From: Desulfuromonadales bacterium
GTDB lineage: Bacteria > Desulfobacterota > Desulfuromonadia > Desulfuromonadales > JAGXHI01
DNA length: 64,000 nucleotides
Assembly: GCA_024636295.1 (NCBI GenBank)
Contig: JAGXHI010000045.1
Coordinates: 12,637 to 76,636 of the forward strand
Reading direction: 5' to 3'
Part shown: positions 48,734 through 58,982 of the stretch, one piece after another
Position numbering within the stretch: the stretch's first letter is position 1
Layout of the letters: each line of letters opens with the position of its first letter
Position numbers and translations under genes: made by a program
Notes under the pieces: generated by a model
Told to the model about the DNA's origin: nothing
Databases searched by the model: none
The model's input: only the letters and a program-made list of their open reading frames with translations

Positions 48734-49675
48734 CTACTCCGAGCCGGGCGTCGTTTCCTGCCTGGTAGCAACCACTGTTTCCAGGGGGACCAGTACGATC
48801 TGGATTCTACGGTTTTGCGCCCTCCCTTCCGGGGTTTCATTGTCCGCGATAGGGCGGTAAGGTCCATATCCGCAAGCGGCCAGTCGTTCTCCGGGGATTT
48901 CAACCTGTTCCTGGAGGAAGTGAACCACATTGGCGGCCCGGGCGTTGGACAGTTCCCAGTTGGTGGGGAATCTGTCCCTCAGACGCGAGCTGATGGGCAC
49001 ATTATCCGTGTGGCCCTCCACCCTCACTTCCTTGTCCTCCACATTCGTCAGAATGTCTCCCACCCGCCGCAGAACTTCGAGTCCTTCCTTTTTGATATCG
49101 GCCTGGCCCGAATCAAAGAGGATGCTCTCCACCATGTTGACCGTGAGCTTGCCCTGAAGCTCCGAAATGGTCACTTCGCCTCGCTTGATTTCCGCTTCCA
49201 TTTTTTCGGTCAATTCATTGAAGGTGCTGCTCATCTGGGCGATGCGTGCTTCACGGGCGAGGCGCTCCTGCTCCACCTGCTGCTGAAGGTCGGCGATCTG
49301 AGTCCGAAGTCCGCGATTGACCTCCTCCAGAGAGTCGATGGTCCGGCGCATCTCAGCCATGGCCTCTCCGGCTTCGGCGCCACGGGCCGTCAACACGTTT
49401 TCGATCCGCTCCACGTCCGTCCTCGCCCTGACAAGATCCTGTTTCAAGGCGGCATTCCGACCGATTGTCTCCCTTAATTCTGCTTCTAATTCGGATTTTC
49501 TGTTTTCGAGAGACTTCTTTTCCGCCTGAACCTGTTGTAATTGGAACTGCAGCTCGCGATTATTCTCTCTTAGAAGACTTGTTTCATTTACTTTCTGCTC
49601 GTAGGTCTGCTTACTGACGCAGGCGCTGAAAAGGGGAATCAGGACCAGCAGGAATATCACTGTGGAAAAACGCAT
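48734..49675 (-). CDS. OmpA/MotB-family peptidoglycan-binding lipoprotein with long coiled coil
   Basis: Lipobox FSAC; LFDSG.A, VEGHTD, NWELS.ARA, GRAQNRRI. Confidence 0.9.
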   Translation of the reverse strand: MRFSTVIFLLVLIPLFSACVSKQTYEQKVNETSLLRENNRELQFQLQQVQAEKKSLENRKSELEAELRETIGRNAALKQDLVRARTDVERIENVLTARGAEAGEAMAEMRRTIDSLEEVNRGLRTQIADLQQQVEQERLAREARIAQMSSTFNELTEKMEAEIKRGEVTISELQGKLTVNMVESILFDSGQADIKKEGLEVLRRVGDILTNVEDKEVRVEGHTDNVPISSRLRDRFPTNWELSNARAANVVHFLQEQVEIPGERLAACGYGPYRPIADNETPEGRAQNRRIQIVLVPLETVVATRQETTPGSE

Positions 49676-49954
49676 GTTCGGGACTCCTTTTCTTTTGTAT
49701 GGCGCTCAAGCTGTATAAGTTTTCCTGCCGAATGCTCCGACAGTCATCCGTCGCCGCCTTCTGTAACCCGGAGAGGGGTCTTGTCCAGCGTTCAGAATTT
49801 GTGTCGCACGGATCGAACGGGATGTCAAGCGCGGAACCATTGTCCTGCCACTCAAGGACACCATTGAAAAGGGGATGGTTCCCGGCTTTTCGGTTGCGGG
49901 GCGGAAATGGACTGTGGTATAAAAATACCATTTATTAAAGGAATCGGAGTCGGG

Positions 49955-50779
49955 ATGTTGGATTTACAATGCGTCATCCGAAATGCTCTTCAGGAGGATA
50001 TCGGCCCCGGAGACATCACCACCCAGGCCGTGGTGAGCCCGGGCACAGGCGCTCGGGCCGAATTGATTGCCAAAGAAGAGTTCACCCTGTCCGGTCTCGA
50101 TGTGGCCAGACAGGTTTTTCTTTTTCTGGATCCAGCGATCGCCTTTGAAAAGCTTTTCGAGGATGGTTTCAAGGTCCGAAGCGGCGAGGTTCTGGCATGG
50201 CTGAAGGGAGATGCCTCACTTCTTCTTCAGGGAGAGAGGGTTGCTCTGAACTTCCTGCAGCGGATGAGCGGGATTGCCACTTTGACCGCACTTTTCGTCA
50301 ATGAAATCGAGGGGACCGGAGCGTCCATTGTCGATACGCGGAAAACCACTCCCGGATTACGAGCACTTGAGAAATATTCGGTCCGCATGGGAGGCGGAAG
50401 AAATCATCGAACGGCCCTTTACGATGGCGTTCTGATCAAGGAAAACCACATCGCCGCCGCCGGAGGGATTGCTTCGGCCGTAAAACGGGCGCGGCAACGC
50501 GCGCCCCACCTCTACCGCATCGAGGTGGAAACCCGCAATCTGCAAGAGGTCGAAGAAGCCGTGGCCGCCGGCGCGGATATTATCCTCCTGGACAATATGG
50601 ATACCTCCACCTTGCGAGAGGCGGTGGAATTGATCGACGGTCGGGCACGCACCGAGGCCTCCGGTGGCGTGACACTGGAGACGGTCCGGGCGATCGCCGA
50701 AACCGGCGTCGATTTCATATCCGCCGGGGCACTGACACACTCGGCCCAAGCCATGGATATTTCAATGCTTTTCCGCTGA
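49955..50779 (+). CDS. nadC: Quinolinate phosphoribosyltransferase
   Basis: ED...GDITT, ER.ALN.LQ..SGIAT, DTRKTTPG, IKENH, LLDN, EASGG. Confidence 0.97.
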   Translation: MLDLQCVIRNALQEDIGPGDITTQAVVSPGTGARAELIAKEEFTLSGLDVARQVFLFLDPAIAFEKLFEDGFKVRSGEVLAWLKGDASLLLQGERVALNFLQRMSGIATLTALFVNEIEGTGASIVDTRKTTPGLRALEKYSVRMGGGRNHRTALYDGVLIKENHIAAAGGIASAVKRARQRAPHLYRIEVETRNLQEVEEAVAAGADIILLDNMDTSTLREAVELIDGRARTEASGGVTLETVRAIAETGVDFISAGALTHSAQAMDISMLFR

Positions 50780-50885
50780 AGATGGTCCGCTTCGGTCCGG
50801 CGTGATCGCCCGGTGGAGTTTCCGCGGGCAACGAACCTCTATAAAATCCGTATTTCTGTTCAGCTCCGGAGGAAAAGTACCTGCC

Positions 50886-51893
50886 ATGTCGTCGGAAGCC
50901 CAGTTCCAGATCCTTCACTTCCTGCGGGAGAAACGAGGTGAATTCGTTTCCGGCGAAGAGATCAGCCGCTCAATCGGAGTTTCCCGAGCGGCGGTCTGGA
51001 AGCGGGTCCGTCTGTTGCGGAGGCTCGGGTATTCGATCGAGGCAGTTACCTCCCGGGGATATCGCCTCCTGGCTTCGGCCGATACCCTGATCCCGGGTGA
51101 AATCCGCGAAGGACTGAAAACTCGCGTCATTGGTCAGAAAATCATCTATTTCGAAGAGACCGACTCCACAAACATGCGAGCTCAGGAACTCGGCAGAAGC
51201 GGCGCCGTCGAAGGAACCGTGATCGTCTCGGATTGCCAGACTGCAGGACGGGGTCGGCTTGGACGAAGCTGGGCCTCCCCCCCCGGGGTTAATCTCTATA
51301 CTTCCGTGCTCCTGCGTCCGCCCATTCTCCCCCAGGAAAGCACTCAGCTCACGTTCCTCTCTGCCGTGGCGACCGCCCGGGCGCTCGAGGAATTCTGCAG
51401 TGTAGAATCGCGAGTCAAATGGCCTAATGATATTCTTCTCGGAGGGAAAAAGGTTGCTGGTCTGTTGAATGAGATGAGTGCGGAAACTGAAGGCGTTCAT
51501 TTCGTCGTACTCGGCATCGGGGTAAATCTCAACATGATGGAGGCTGATTTTCCCGCCGACCTGCGCCACCCTGCCACTTCTATTCTCCTGGAAACGGGAG
51601 GACGGGTGAGCCGATCCGGCTTCGCCCGCTGTCTTTATCGACATCTCGATGATCTGTATCAGCTTTTTCTGGAAAAAGGTTTTCCCCCGATACTCAGAGC
51701 CTGGGAAGCTTTTTCCGATCTGTCCGGACGGCGCGTCTCGGTCGATCTGCAGGGAGAAACCTTCCAGGGCGCCGTGATCGGGCTTGATTCCGATGGAGCT
51801 CTTCTGCTGCACCGCGAAGGCAGGGGAACTGCCAGGATTCTCGCAGGGGATGTTCGTATTCTCGATGAACCGCACCCCAAGGGACATTCCTGA
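50886..51893 (+). CDS. birA: Bifunctional biotin ligase/repressor BirA
   Basis: N-terminal HTH SGE......SR.AVWK, DSTN, QTAGRGR, KWPND, KVAG. Confidence 0.96.
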   Translation: MSSEAQFQILHFLREKRGEFVSGEEISRSIGVSRAAVWKRVRLLRRLGYSIEAVTSRGYRLLASADTLIPGEIREGLKTRVIGQKIIYFEETDSTNMRAQELGRSGAVEGTVIVSDCQTAGRGRLGRSWASPPGVNLYTSVLLRPPILPQESTQLTFLSAVATARALEEFCSVESRVKWPNDILLGGKKVAGLLNEMSAETEGVHFVVLGIGVNLNMMEADFPADLRHPATSILLETGGRVSRSGFARCLYRHLDDLYQLFLEKGFPPILRAWEAFSDLSGRRVSVDLQGETFQGAVIGLDSDGALLLHREGRGTARILAGDVRILDEPHPKGHS

Positions 51894-52035
51894 TTTATCT
51901 GATGCCCGATTCAGGATTGCTGGATTGCTGTAAAGTTACTGAAAGGCAGCAAAAAGAATGTGCCCGGGTTTTAATCAGGACGAGGGCCACCACGCAGTCG
52001 AGGGATTTTCAACAGCCTCATGAGGATATATTTTT

Positions 52036-52809
52036 ATGCTTTTAGTCATTGATGTTGGAAACACCAATGCCGTTCTGGGGATGTATCGTGGTGAGGAACT
52101 GGTGCGGAGCTGGCGCATTACTACCGACAAATCCCGCACCGTGGACGAGTATGCCATGATGGTCCACGAACTGTTCCGGCTCTCTGACATTCATTTCAAG
52201 GACATCGAGGATGTTATCATCTCTTGCGTGGTTCCCCCCCTGCTGAATACGCTCGAGGAACTCTGCAGGGAATATTTCCACCTCCGCCCCTACGTGGTGG
52301 GGCCGGGCATCCGGACCGGAATGCCCATACACTACGACAATCCGAAGGAAGTAGGGGCCGATCGCATCGTCAATGCCGTGGCTGCCCATGAAAGAAGCCG
52401 CCGTTCATTGATCGTGGTCGATTTCGGAACCGCCACAACCTTTGACGCCATCTCCTCCCGAGGGGAGTATCTGGGCGGGGCCATTGCCCCCGGCATCAAT
52501 ATCTCGGCCGAGGCCCTCTTCGAGCGGGCCAGCAAACTGCCGAGAGTGGAATTCACCCGACCGCCGCAGGCGATTGCCAAAAACACCGTCAACAGCATTC
52601 AGGCCGGTCTTTTCTTTGGATATGTGGGCCTGGTGGACGGTATCGTCAATCAGATGAAAGAAGAGGCCGGGGATGACCCTCTGGTCATGGCCACCGGCGG
52701 CCTGGCCGGAATTATCGCACCCGCCTCGAAAACCATTGAAGAAGTGCATCCCAATCTGACCCTGGAGGGACTCCGAATCATCTATCTTCGCAATAAAGGC
52801 AACGGTTGA
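52036..52809 (+). CDS. coaX: Type III pantothenate kinase
   Basis: [29 protein letters not shown]. Confidence 0.97.
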   Translation: MLLVIDVGNTNAVLGMYRGEELVRSWRITTDKSRTVDEYAMMVHELFRLSDIHFKDIEDVIISCVVPPLLNTLEELCREYFHLRPYVVGPGIRTGMPIHYDNPKEVGADRIVNAVAAHERSRRSLIVVDFGTATTFDAISSRGEYLGGAIAPGINISAEALFERASKLPRVEFTRPPQAIAKNTVNSIQAGLFFGYVGLVDGIVNQMKEEAGDDPLVMATGGLAGIIAPASKTIEEVHPNLTLEGLRIIYLRNKGNG

Positions 52810-52819
52810 TACAGGTTGA

Positions 52820-52846
52820 CGAAGACCCGGCCTGGCCGGGTCTTCG
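52820..52846. other. Perfect intergenic hairpin between coaX and the EF-G paralogue
   Basis: CGAAGACCCGG-cctgg-CCGGGTCTTCG with no T tract. Confidence 0.5.
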
Positions 52847-52885
52847 CCGTATTTCCTCGAAAGCGCATACTCGAAAGGAGCGATT

Positions 52886-54964
52886 ATGGGAAAGTACGAT
52901 ACGGCAAAACTGCGGAACCTGGGGATTGTAGCCCACGGCGGCGCCGGAAAAACATCCTTGACCGAAGCAATTCTCTTCAATACCGGCATGATCGATCGAC
53001 TCGGCCGCGTGGATGACGGTTCGTCCAGCATGGATTTCGAGCCGGAGGAAATCAAGCGCAAGATCACCATCAGTTCCAGTCTCAACCACTGTGAATGGAA
53101 AGGGCACAGCCTCCATATCGTCGATACTCCCGGTTATACGAACTTTCTCCATGACACACGAAATTGCCTGCGGATTCTGGGAGGATCGGTTCTCATAGTT
53201 TCGGCGATCTCCGGAGTCAAGGCTCAGACACAGAAAATATGGGAATGGGCCGAGGAGTTCGAAGTCCCCCGCATTGCTTTCGTCAACAAGATGGACAGGG
53301 AAAGAGCTGATTTCCTAAAAGCGGTCGACGACATGTCAAAAAGCCTCGGCACCCGTGCGGTGGTGGTTACCGCGCCTGTCGGCGCCGAGGAAAACTTCCG
53401 GGGCGTCATCGACCTGGTCCGGATGAAAGCCTGTCTGTATGAAAACGATTTATCCGGGAATTGCCGTGAAGAAGATATTCCGGAGGAGCTCCTCGAAGAG
53501 GCCGAACGCCTTCGATTTCAACTGATGGAGGCCGCGGCCGAGGCCGATGATGAACTGATGGAAAAATACCTCGAGGAGGAAACCCTCTCAGAGGATGAAA
53601 TTCTGAAAGGACTTCGTGAAGGAGTTCTGACCGGCGTATTCACCCCTGTTTTTTGCGGCAGCGCACTTGCCAATATGGGAGTGAATCAGCTTCTCGATTA
53701 TATCGTGCACTGCCTTCCTTCCCCGATTGACAAGGGCGTTCAGCTTGGGAAAAATCCAAAAACCGGGGAGCCCGAAGAGCGTCAGCCTTCAGAGGAAGAA
53801 CCTTTTTCCGCCATGGTCTTCAAAACCATCTCCGATCCCTATACAGGTAAGCTTACCCTGCTTCGGGTCTACTCAGGCACACTGAATTCCGACTCCATGG
53901 TGTACAATCCCAACAAGGACGTCAACGAGCGCATCGGACACATTTTTGAACTGGAGGGGAAAAAACAGAAGCAGATCGAGACGGCGGCGGCGGGCGATAT
54001 CATTGCCGTTCCCAAGCTCAAGACCACCACCACGGGCGACACCCTCTGCAGCATTCAGAACCCCATACTTTTCGAAAGCCCACTTCCCCTCAGACCGGTG
54101 ATCTCCTTTGCCATTCAGGCCAAAACCAAAGGGGATGAGGACAAGATCCACAGCGCCCTGCAGAGGCTGATGGAGGAGGATCCCACTCTGCAGATACAGC
54201 GGGACGAAAATACCCGCGAGCTCATTCTCTCGGGCATGGGACAGGTTCACCTTGAGGTCGCGGTGGAAAAGCTCCAGCGCAAATACAACGCCGGGGTGGA
54301 GCTGAAAGAGCCCAAGGTTCCCTATCGCGAAACGATCAAGGGAAAGACGAAGGTCCAGGGTAAATACAAGAAACAGTCCGGCGGACGAGGGCAGTACGGA
54401 GATACCTGGATCGAAATGGAGCCCCTGCCCCGGGGAGGCGGATTCGAATTTGTGGATAAGATCGTCGGGGGCGTCATCCCTCGCCAGTATATCCCTGCGG
54501 TTGAAAAAGGAATCCAGGAGGCCATGCAAAACGGTTTTCTCGCCGGGTTCCCGGTCGTGGACGTGAGAGTTACCCTTTTCGACGGATCCCACCATTCCGT
54601 GGATTCCTCGGAAATGGCCTTCAAGATCGCCGGTTCAATGGGTTTCAAGAAGGCCATGGAGAATGCCTCTCCGGTTCTGCTCGAGCCCGTAATGCATATG
54701 GAAATAACCGTGCCGGACGACTGTATCGGGGATGTCATCGGGGACATGAATTCACGCCGCGGCAAAGTACTGGGAGTGGAGCCCAAGGCCAACAGCCAGG
54801 TGATCTCCGTCCAGGTTCCCATGTCGGAAGTTCTTCGCTACGCCCCGGAACTGCGCTCCATGACCTCGGACCGGGGACTCTTTACCATGGAATTTTCCCA
54901 TTACGAGGAGGTGCCTCCTCATATGAGTTCCAAGCTGCTTGCTGAAATGAAAAAAGCCGAATAG
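52886..54964 (+). CDS. fusA: Elongation factor G paralogue (EF-G2 type, outside the str operon)
   Basis: Full EF-G domain order with divergent motifs AHGGAGKTS, RKITI, DTPGY; NKMD; KQSGGRGQYG; VDSSEMAF. Confidence 0.92.
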   Translation: MGKYDTAKLRNLGIVAHGGAGKTSLTEAILFNTGMIDRLGRVDDGSSSMDFEPEEIKRKITISSSLNHCEWKGHSLHIVDTPGYTNFLHDTRNCLRILGGSVLIVSAISGVKAQTQKIWEWAEEFEVPRIAFVNKMDRERADFLKAVDDMSKSLGTRAVVVTAPVGAEENFRGVIDLVRMKACLYENDLSGNCREEDIPEELLEEAERLRFQLMEAAAEADDELMEKYLEEETLSEDEILKGLREGVLTGVFTPVFCGSALANMGVNQLLDYIVHCLPSPIDKGVQLGKNPKTGEPEERQPSEEEPFSAMVFKTISDPYTGKLTLLRVYSGTLNSDSMVYNPNKDVNERIGHIFELEGKKQKQIETAAAGDIIAVPKLKTTTTGDTLCSIQNPILFESPLPLRPVISFAIQAKTKGDEDKIHSALQRLMEEDPTLQIQRDENTRELILSGMGQVHLEVAVEKLQRKYNAGVELKEPKVPYRETIKGKTKVQGKYKKQSGGRGQYGDTWIEMEPLPRGGGFEFVDKIVGGVIPRQYIPAVEKGIQEAMQNGFLAGFPVVDVRVTLFDGSHHSVDSSEMAFKIAGSMGFKKAMENASPVLLEPVMHMEITVPDDCIGDVIGDMNSRRGKVLGVEPKANSQVISVQVPMSEVLRYAPELRSMTSDRGLFTMEFSHYEEVPPHMSSKLLAEMKKAE

Positions 54965-54999
54965 CGGAATTCGGCCCATTTAAAGGAGGATCCTTCCTG

Positions 55000-56007
55000 A
55001 TGTTCAAAAACAGAATGGACCAGAACAAGACCGACGGATCGCCGGATCAGGACGGTGCTCCGTCTATCGACGCCCCGCTCCGCGAGGTCTTTTCCGATAC
55101 CGCGACTGAAAGAAAAAAACCGCCGCGGCTCCTGCTCCTGCTTCTTTTTTTTCTCCTTGCGGTTCTGGGGGCCGGAGTATATTTCATTTATGTTCTTCCC
55201 TCTTCTTCCGCCACGGCACGGCCGGACCCTCCAGCTCGCCAGCCCATCGCCATTCCGGAGAAACCCGCAGCGCCGAAAATGTCCGATGCGGTAAAGCCCG
55301 CTTCACCGGAGAACCGGGGTGGGAGCGAAGATCCCGGCGAAAAGTACGACAACGAAACCTTGAAGAAAAAACCGGCCTTTTCTTCTGCCGGCGCTTCCGA
55401 GCCGAGGTCGGAAGCCTCTTCAGCCAAAGCCGGGATTGCAGCCGAAATTTCCAAGACCGAAAAGACGGATGAACCGATTGCCGCAAAAGCGGAGCCGACA
55501 GAGCCGGTGGCCGAAAAGAAGGAGCAGCCGGTTGCAGATGCGGTTTCATTCCCTCAGCCGGAATTCACTCTGAATGTGGGGGCCTATCTGATCGAGGGCA
55601 ACCTGAAGGAAACGGAAGGGCTGATCCGGCAGCTCGGATATGAGCCCCGTCTGGAGGAGATTGCAAGACCAGTGGAAATGGTCCGACTGCGCATCGGGGA
55701 ATTTCCTCCGGAGGAGGCACGGGACAGGCTTGCGAATCTGGCGGATTCGGCGCCGGATGCTTTTCTCGTTCATGGTGAAAAGACCTCCGTGGTTTATGCC
55801 GCATCCTATTTCAATCTGGACAGGGCGCGCAGGTTTGCGGATCGCCTTTTTCTGAAGGGAATCCGGGTGGAGGAAGAGCCGGCACAGGTGGAAAAAAGAA
55901 TGACTCTGGTCAGTTTCGGCGAGTTCCCCGATCGTGCATCGGCCGACGCGGCGGCAGGCCGGATTCGCGAAGCGGGGCTGGATGTCCAAGTGATCTCTCG
56001 CCGTTGA
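55000..56007 (+). CDS. Membrane-anchored SPOR-domain protein
   Basis: Single TM helix, Pro/Ala/Glu-rich linker, SPOR-like repeats (VGAY...N, G.FPDR..A..A). Confidence 0.75.
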   Translation: MFKNRMDQNKTDGSPDQDGAPSIDAPLREVFSDTATERKKPPRLLLLLLFFLLAVLGAGVYFIYVLPSSSATARPDPPARQPIAIPEKPAAPKMSDAVKPASPENRGGSEDPGEKYDNETLKKKPAFSSAGASEPRSEASSAKAGIAAEISKTEKTDEPIAAKAEPTEPVAEKKEQPVADAVSFPQPEFTLNVGAYLIEGNLKETEGLIRQLGYEPRLEEIARPVEMVRLRIGEFPPEEARDRLANLADSAPDAFLVHGEKTSVVYAASYFNLDRARRFADRLFLKGIRVEEEPAQVEKRMTLVSFGEFPDRASADAAAGRIREAGLDVQVISRR

Positions 56008-56015
56008 CCCATGCC

Positions 56016-56999
56016 ATGTCCGATAACCGAAGGACAGTCCGCCTGAGGGTCTCCCCAAAAGTGGCCCGGATGGTCTCGGAAAAATCCGACAGGGAGACTC
56101 GCCTCCGGGTGGCGCGTGGCGATGTGCCCCTGGAGACGAAAGACAGGATCACCGCTCTGTTTTTCCTCTGTCATGGAGCCGATGAAGAGATTCGTGAAAC
56201 CGCCAGATCGAACCTGCGGCGCCTTCCCGATGAGGCTCTGGTCCCGGTGCTCAGTGATTCCGATCTCCATCCGAAGATTCTGGACTTTCTGGCCAGAATA
56301 CGGATTGACAACCCTGATTTTCTGAAACAGCTTATGTCCCATCCGGGGCTGCTTCCCGGAACTCTTCTCTATATCGCCCGACGCGCGGACCGACCGGTTC
56401 TTGATCGTCTGGAACGTGAGGAGCTCCTGCCGCTGGACTCCGAGGAGATTCGCCAATCGCTTCTGGAGAATCCTCGTACGGGCGCCGCTCTTCTGGCTCG
56501 GCTGTCGGAAAGAAATCCTCCTGTTCAATCCGGTCCCGAGGAACCCACTTCAGAACGGGAAACTGAAAAGGCGGTGGAGGAAAATCTTTCCAAATATCAG
56601 CTGTCCCTGGAGCTGGGAGTTTCGGAGAAAATCAAACATGCAATGACGGGGGACAAGGAGTGGCGCTCTCTACTGATCAAGGACTCCAATCGGCTGGTTT
56701 CATCGGCCGTGTTAAAGAATCCCCGCATCACGGAGGCCGAGGTTCTGACCATTGCCCGGAGCCGCAGCTCCAGCGATGAACTGATACGAATGATTACCCT
56801 GAACCGGGAATGGATCAAGAATTACGAGGTCAAGAAAGCCCTTGTCGTCCATCCGCGCACCCCTCTTCCCAAGGCGCTGCGGTACATGAGCATTCTGACG
56901 GAAAAGGACATCAAAATGCTCGCGAAGAGCAAAAATGTCTCTTCTATTATCGTGAACAATGCCCGACGGATGATATTGGCGAAGGAAAAAAAGGGGTGA
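56016..56999 (+). CDS. Conserved hypothetical helical-repeat (LRV-like) protein
   Basis: Repeated NPR/HPR-T motifs; G.KE.R..L.KD.N..V..AV..NP.IT..EV. Confidence 0.75.
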   Translation: MSDNRRTVRLRVSPKVARMVSEKSDRETRLRVARGDVPLETKDRITALFFLCHGADEEIRETARSNLRRLPDEALVPVLSDSDLHPKILDFLARIRIDNPDFLKQLMSHPGLLPGTLLYIARRADRPVLDRLEREELLPLDSEEIRQSLLENPRTGAALLARLSERNPPVQSGPEEPTSERETEKAVEENLSKYQLSLELGVSEKIKHAMTGDKEWRSLLIKDSNRLVSSAVLKNPRITEAEVLTIARSRSSSDELIRMITLNREWIKNYEVKKALVVHPRTPLPKALRYMSILTEKDIKMLAKSKNVSSIIVNNARRMILAKEKKG

Positions 57000-57014
57000 T
57001 GGAACTCTGACCGA

Positions 57015-57785
57015 TCAATGTGCCAGAGTTCCGGCCGCCATGGCGACGAGAATGCCACCGATCAGAGAGAGGGTGCCCGCCGCCCCCCGGGAGCGATGAG
57101 ATTCAGGAATCAGGTCGGAGGCGGCAATATAGATGAAGGATCCGGCGGCCATGGACATGAGAATTCCGAGCATGCCCGGACTGATGTGCCGCACCAGGGC
57201 GAAAGTGAGTATGGCCGCCAGGGGGGTGGCGATAGCCACTATGGAAGTGAAAGAAACCGCGGTCTTACGAGTATGGCCATAATGGAGAAGGATTGAAAGC
57301 ATGGCGATGCCCTCAGGCACTTCATGGGCCACGACTGCGAGGGTCGCAAGAATACCCATTTCATGACCCACTTCGAAGCCGGTTCCGATGATCAGTCCAT
57401 CAATGGAGGAATGCATGGCCATGCCCACGAAGGCGATCACCCCGAGGGGGTGGGGTTTTTCACATCCGTCTTCTTCACCATGCGTCGCTTCCATGTTGTG
57501 ATGCCACTGTTCGTGTCCGGCATGGATCAGCAGAAGATGCTCCAGAAAATAGAAAAGGACGAAGGAGGCAAGTACAACAATCGGCGCATGGGGGGTCAAT
57601 TCCATCGCTTCGGGAATGACGTGCAGGAAACCCACCCCGAGCAGCACTCCGGCCGAGAAGGAGACCAGGGAGGCGGAGTTTCTGCGGGCCCAGTTTCTTC
57701 GGGACAGAATGAGGTACATCCCCAGAAATGTGGCGCCCCCGGCAAATCCCCCCGAAAAGATGACATACGGCCAACTTCCCTCCAT
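57015..57785 (-). CDS. ZIP family metal transporter
   Basis: FSAGV.L...F.H..PE, His-rich loop, HS.IDG, HEVPEG, AAG.F.YI...DL.PE. Confidence 0.92.
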   Translation of the reverse strand: MEGSWPYVIFSGGFAGGATFLGMYLILSRRNWARRNSASLVSFSAGVLLGVGFLHVIPEAMELTPHAPIVVLASFVLFYFLEHLLLIHAGHEQWHHNMEATHGEEDGCEKPHPLGVIAFVGMAMHSSIDGLIIGTGFEVGHEMGILATLAVVAHEVPEGIAMLSILLHYGHTRKTAVSFTSIVAIATPLAAILTFALVRHISPGMLGILMSMAAGSFIYIAASDLIPESHRSRGAAGTLSLIGGILVAMAAGTLAH

Positions 57786-57921
57786 GCTGATTTCCTCCCG
57801 TCAATGAATGGGCTGCAGTATAGAAGGATCCGGTTTGAAGCTCAAGAAAAGAAAACGGCTCTCGCCGGTATTGAATTGCCTTCAGTCACTGGCTGCAGGC
57901 GTTGCCAAGGAGAGGAATGAA

Positions 57922-58632
57922 ATGAAAAGGAAGAAAATTTTATTGGCGGACGATGTGAATCTTTTTATCGAGCTGGAGAAAACCTTTTTCCGCAGAGAGG
58001 GTTTCGAGTTGCTGGTTGCCCGCAACGGCCACGAGGCCCTGGAGGCTGTCCGGACGGAAAAGCCGGATCTTGTTTTCATGGATCTTTACATGCCCGAAAT
58101 GAACGGAGACGAAGCCTGTAAGCGGATCAAGAACGATCCGGAACTCGAATCGATCCCGGTGATCATGGTCACCCACGGAGGACGTGAGGATGATCTGGAG
58201 AGGTGCCGACTGTGCGGCAGCGACGATATCGTGTTAAAGCCGATCAGCCGACACAATTTCCTTGCCACGGCCAGAAAATATCTCGAAATCAATGATCGGG
58301 CCGCACCCCGTGCGGAGGGTTGTCTGAAGGTCCGCTATGGAGCCGAAGGCCATCCGTCTGTCGACGCGACTACAGCAAATATCGGGCCCGGAGGCGTTTA
58401 CATCGAAACGAAGGAGGACTTCTCCGAAGGCACTCTTCTGGACCTTATTTTGCACCTTCCTGGGGATAAGGAAATTCTGTGCCGCGGAGAAGTCATATGG
58501 GTGAACTCTTCGAAGTGCAGCCGAAAACCTGCTTTGGCGCCTGGTGTGGGAGTTGAATTTCTGGACGTCCGGTATGAGGATCAGAAGGCCCTTCAGTCCT
58601 ATATCAGGGATCTTCGCCTCAGTCCTTCTTGA
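57922..58632 (+). CDS. Response regulator receiver plus PilZ domain protein
   Basis: ILLADD, FMDLYMP, KP receiver motifs; RAAPR, NIGPGG, GVGVEF PilZ motifs. Confidence 0.88.
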   Translation: MKRKKILLADDVNLFIELEKTFFRREGFELLVARNGHEALEAVRTEKPDLVFMDLYMPEMNGDEACKRIKNDPELESIPVIMVTHGGREDDLERCRLCGSDDIVLKPISRHNFLATARKYLEINDRAAPRAEGCLKVRYGAEGHPSVDATTANIGPGGVYIETKEDFSEGTLLDLILHLPGDKEILCRGEVIWVNSSKCSRKPALAPGVGVEFLDVRYEDQKALQSYIRDLRLSPS

Positions 58633-58834
58633 CTCGGGACACTTTCCACCTCTGCCCGGCATTCGCCGGGCTTTGCCCGTAATGCGGACGAAGCAATCCC
58701 TTTCGAGAAGTTTTTAACTCCCTCTCTCGCTTCACGTTCAAACACTTCCCCTCTGCAACACGCCCTTCGATGATTGTCCAAAATCGAAGATACTAAAAGT
58801 GCGGCTTTTTATCTTTCAACAAAAAAATAATTTT

Positions 58835-58876
58835 TTGACCTGGGTCAAACCCGTATTTAGAAATGTGTTCTAGCGT
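58835..58876 (+). promoter_or_regulatory. FNR/Crp-family box and -10 element of the nar promoter
   Basis: TTGAC-CTGG-GTCAA palindrome (58835-58848) and TAGCGT at 58871-58876, class II geometry. Confidence 0.7.
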
Positions 58877-58982
58877 AAGGTAAATTCTTGCTCATTGCTA
58901 GTCATGTTCGGAACTTAAGGTAGAATGTTTCTGTTCATTGAGGATCGTGAAGGGTAGAAAGTTGTCCTAAAAGGAGAAGCAT

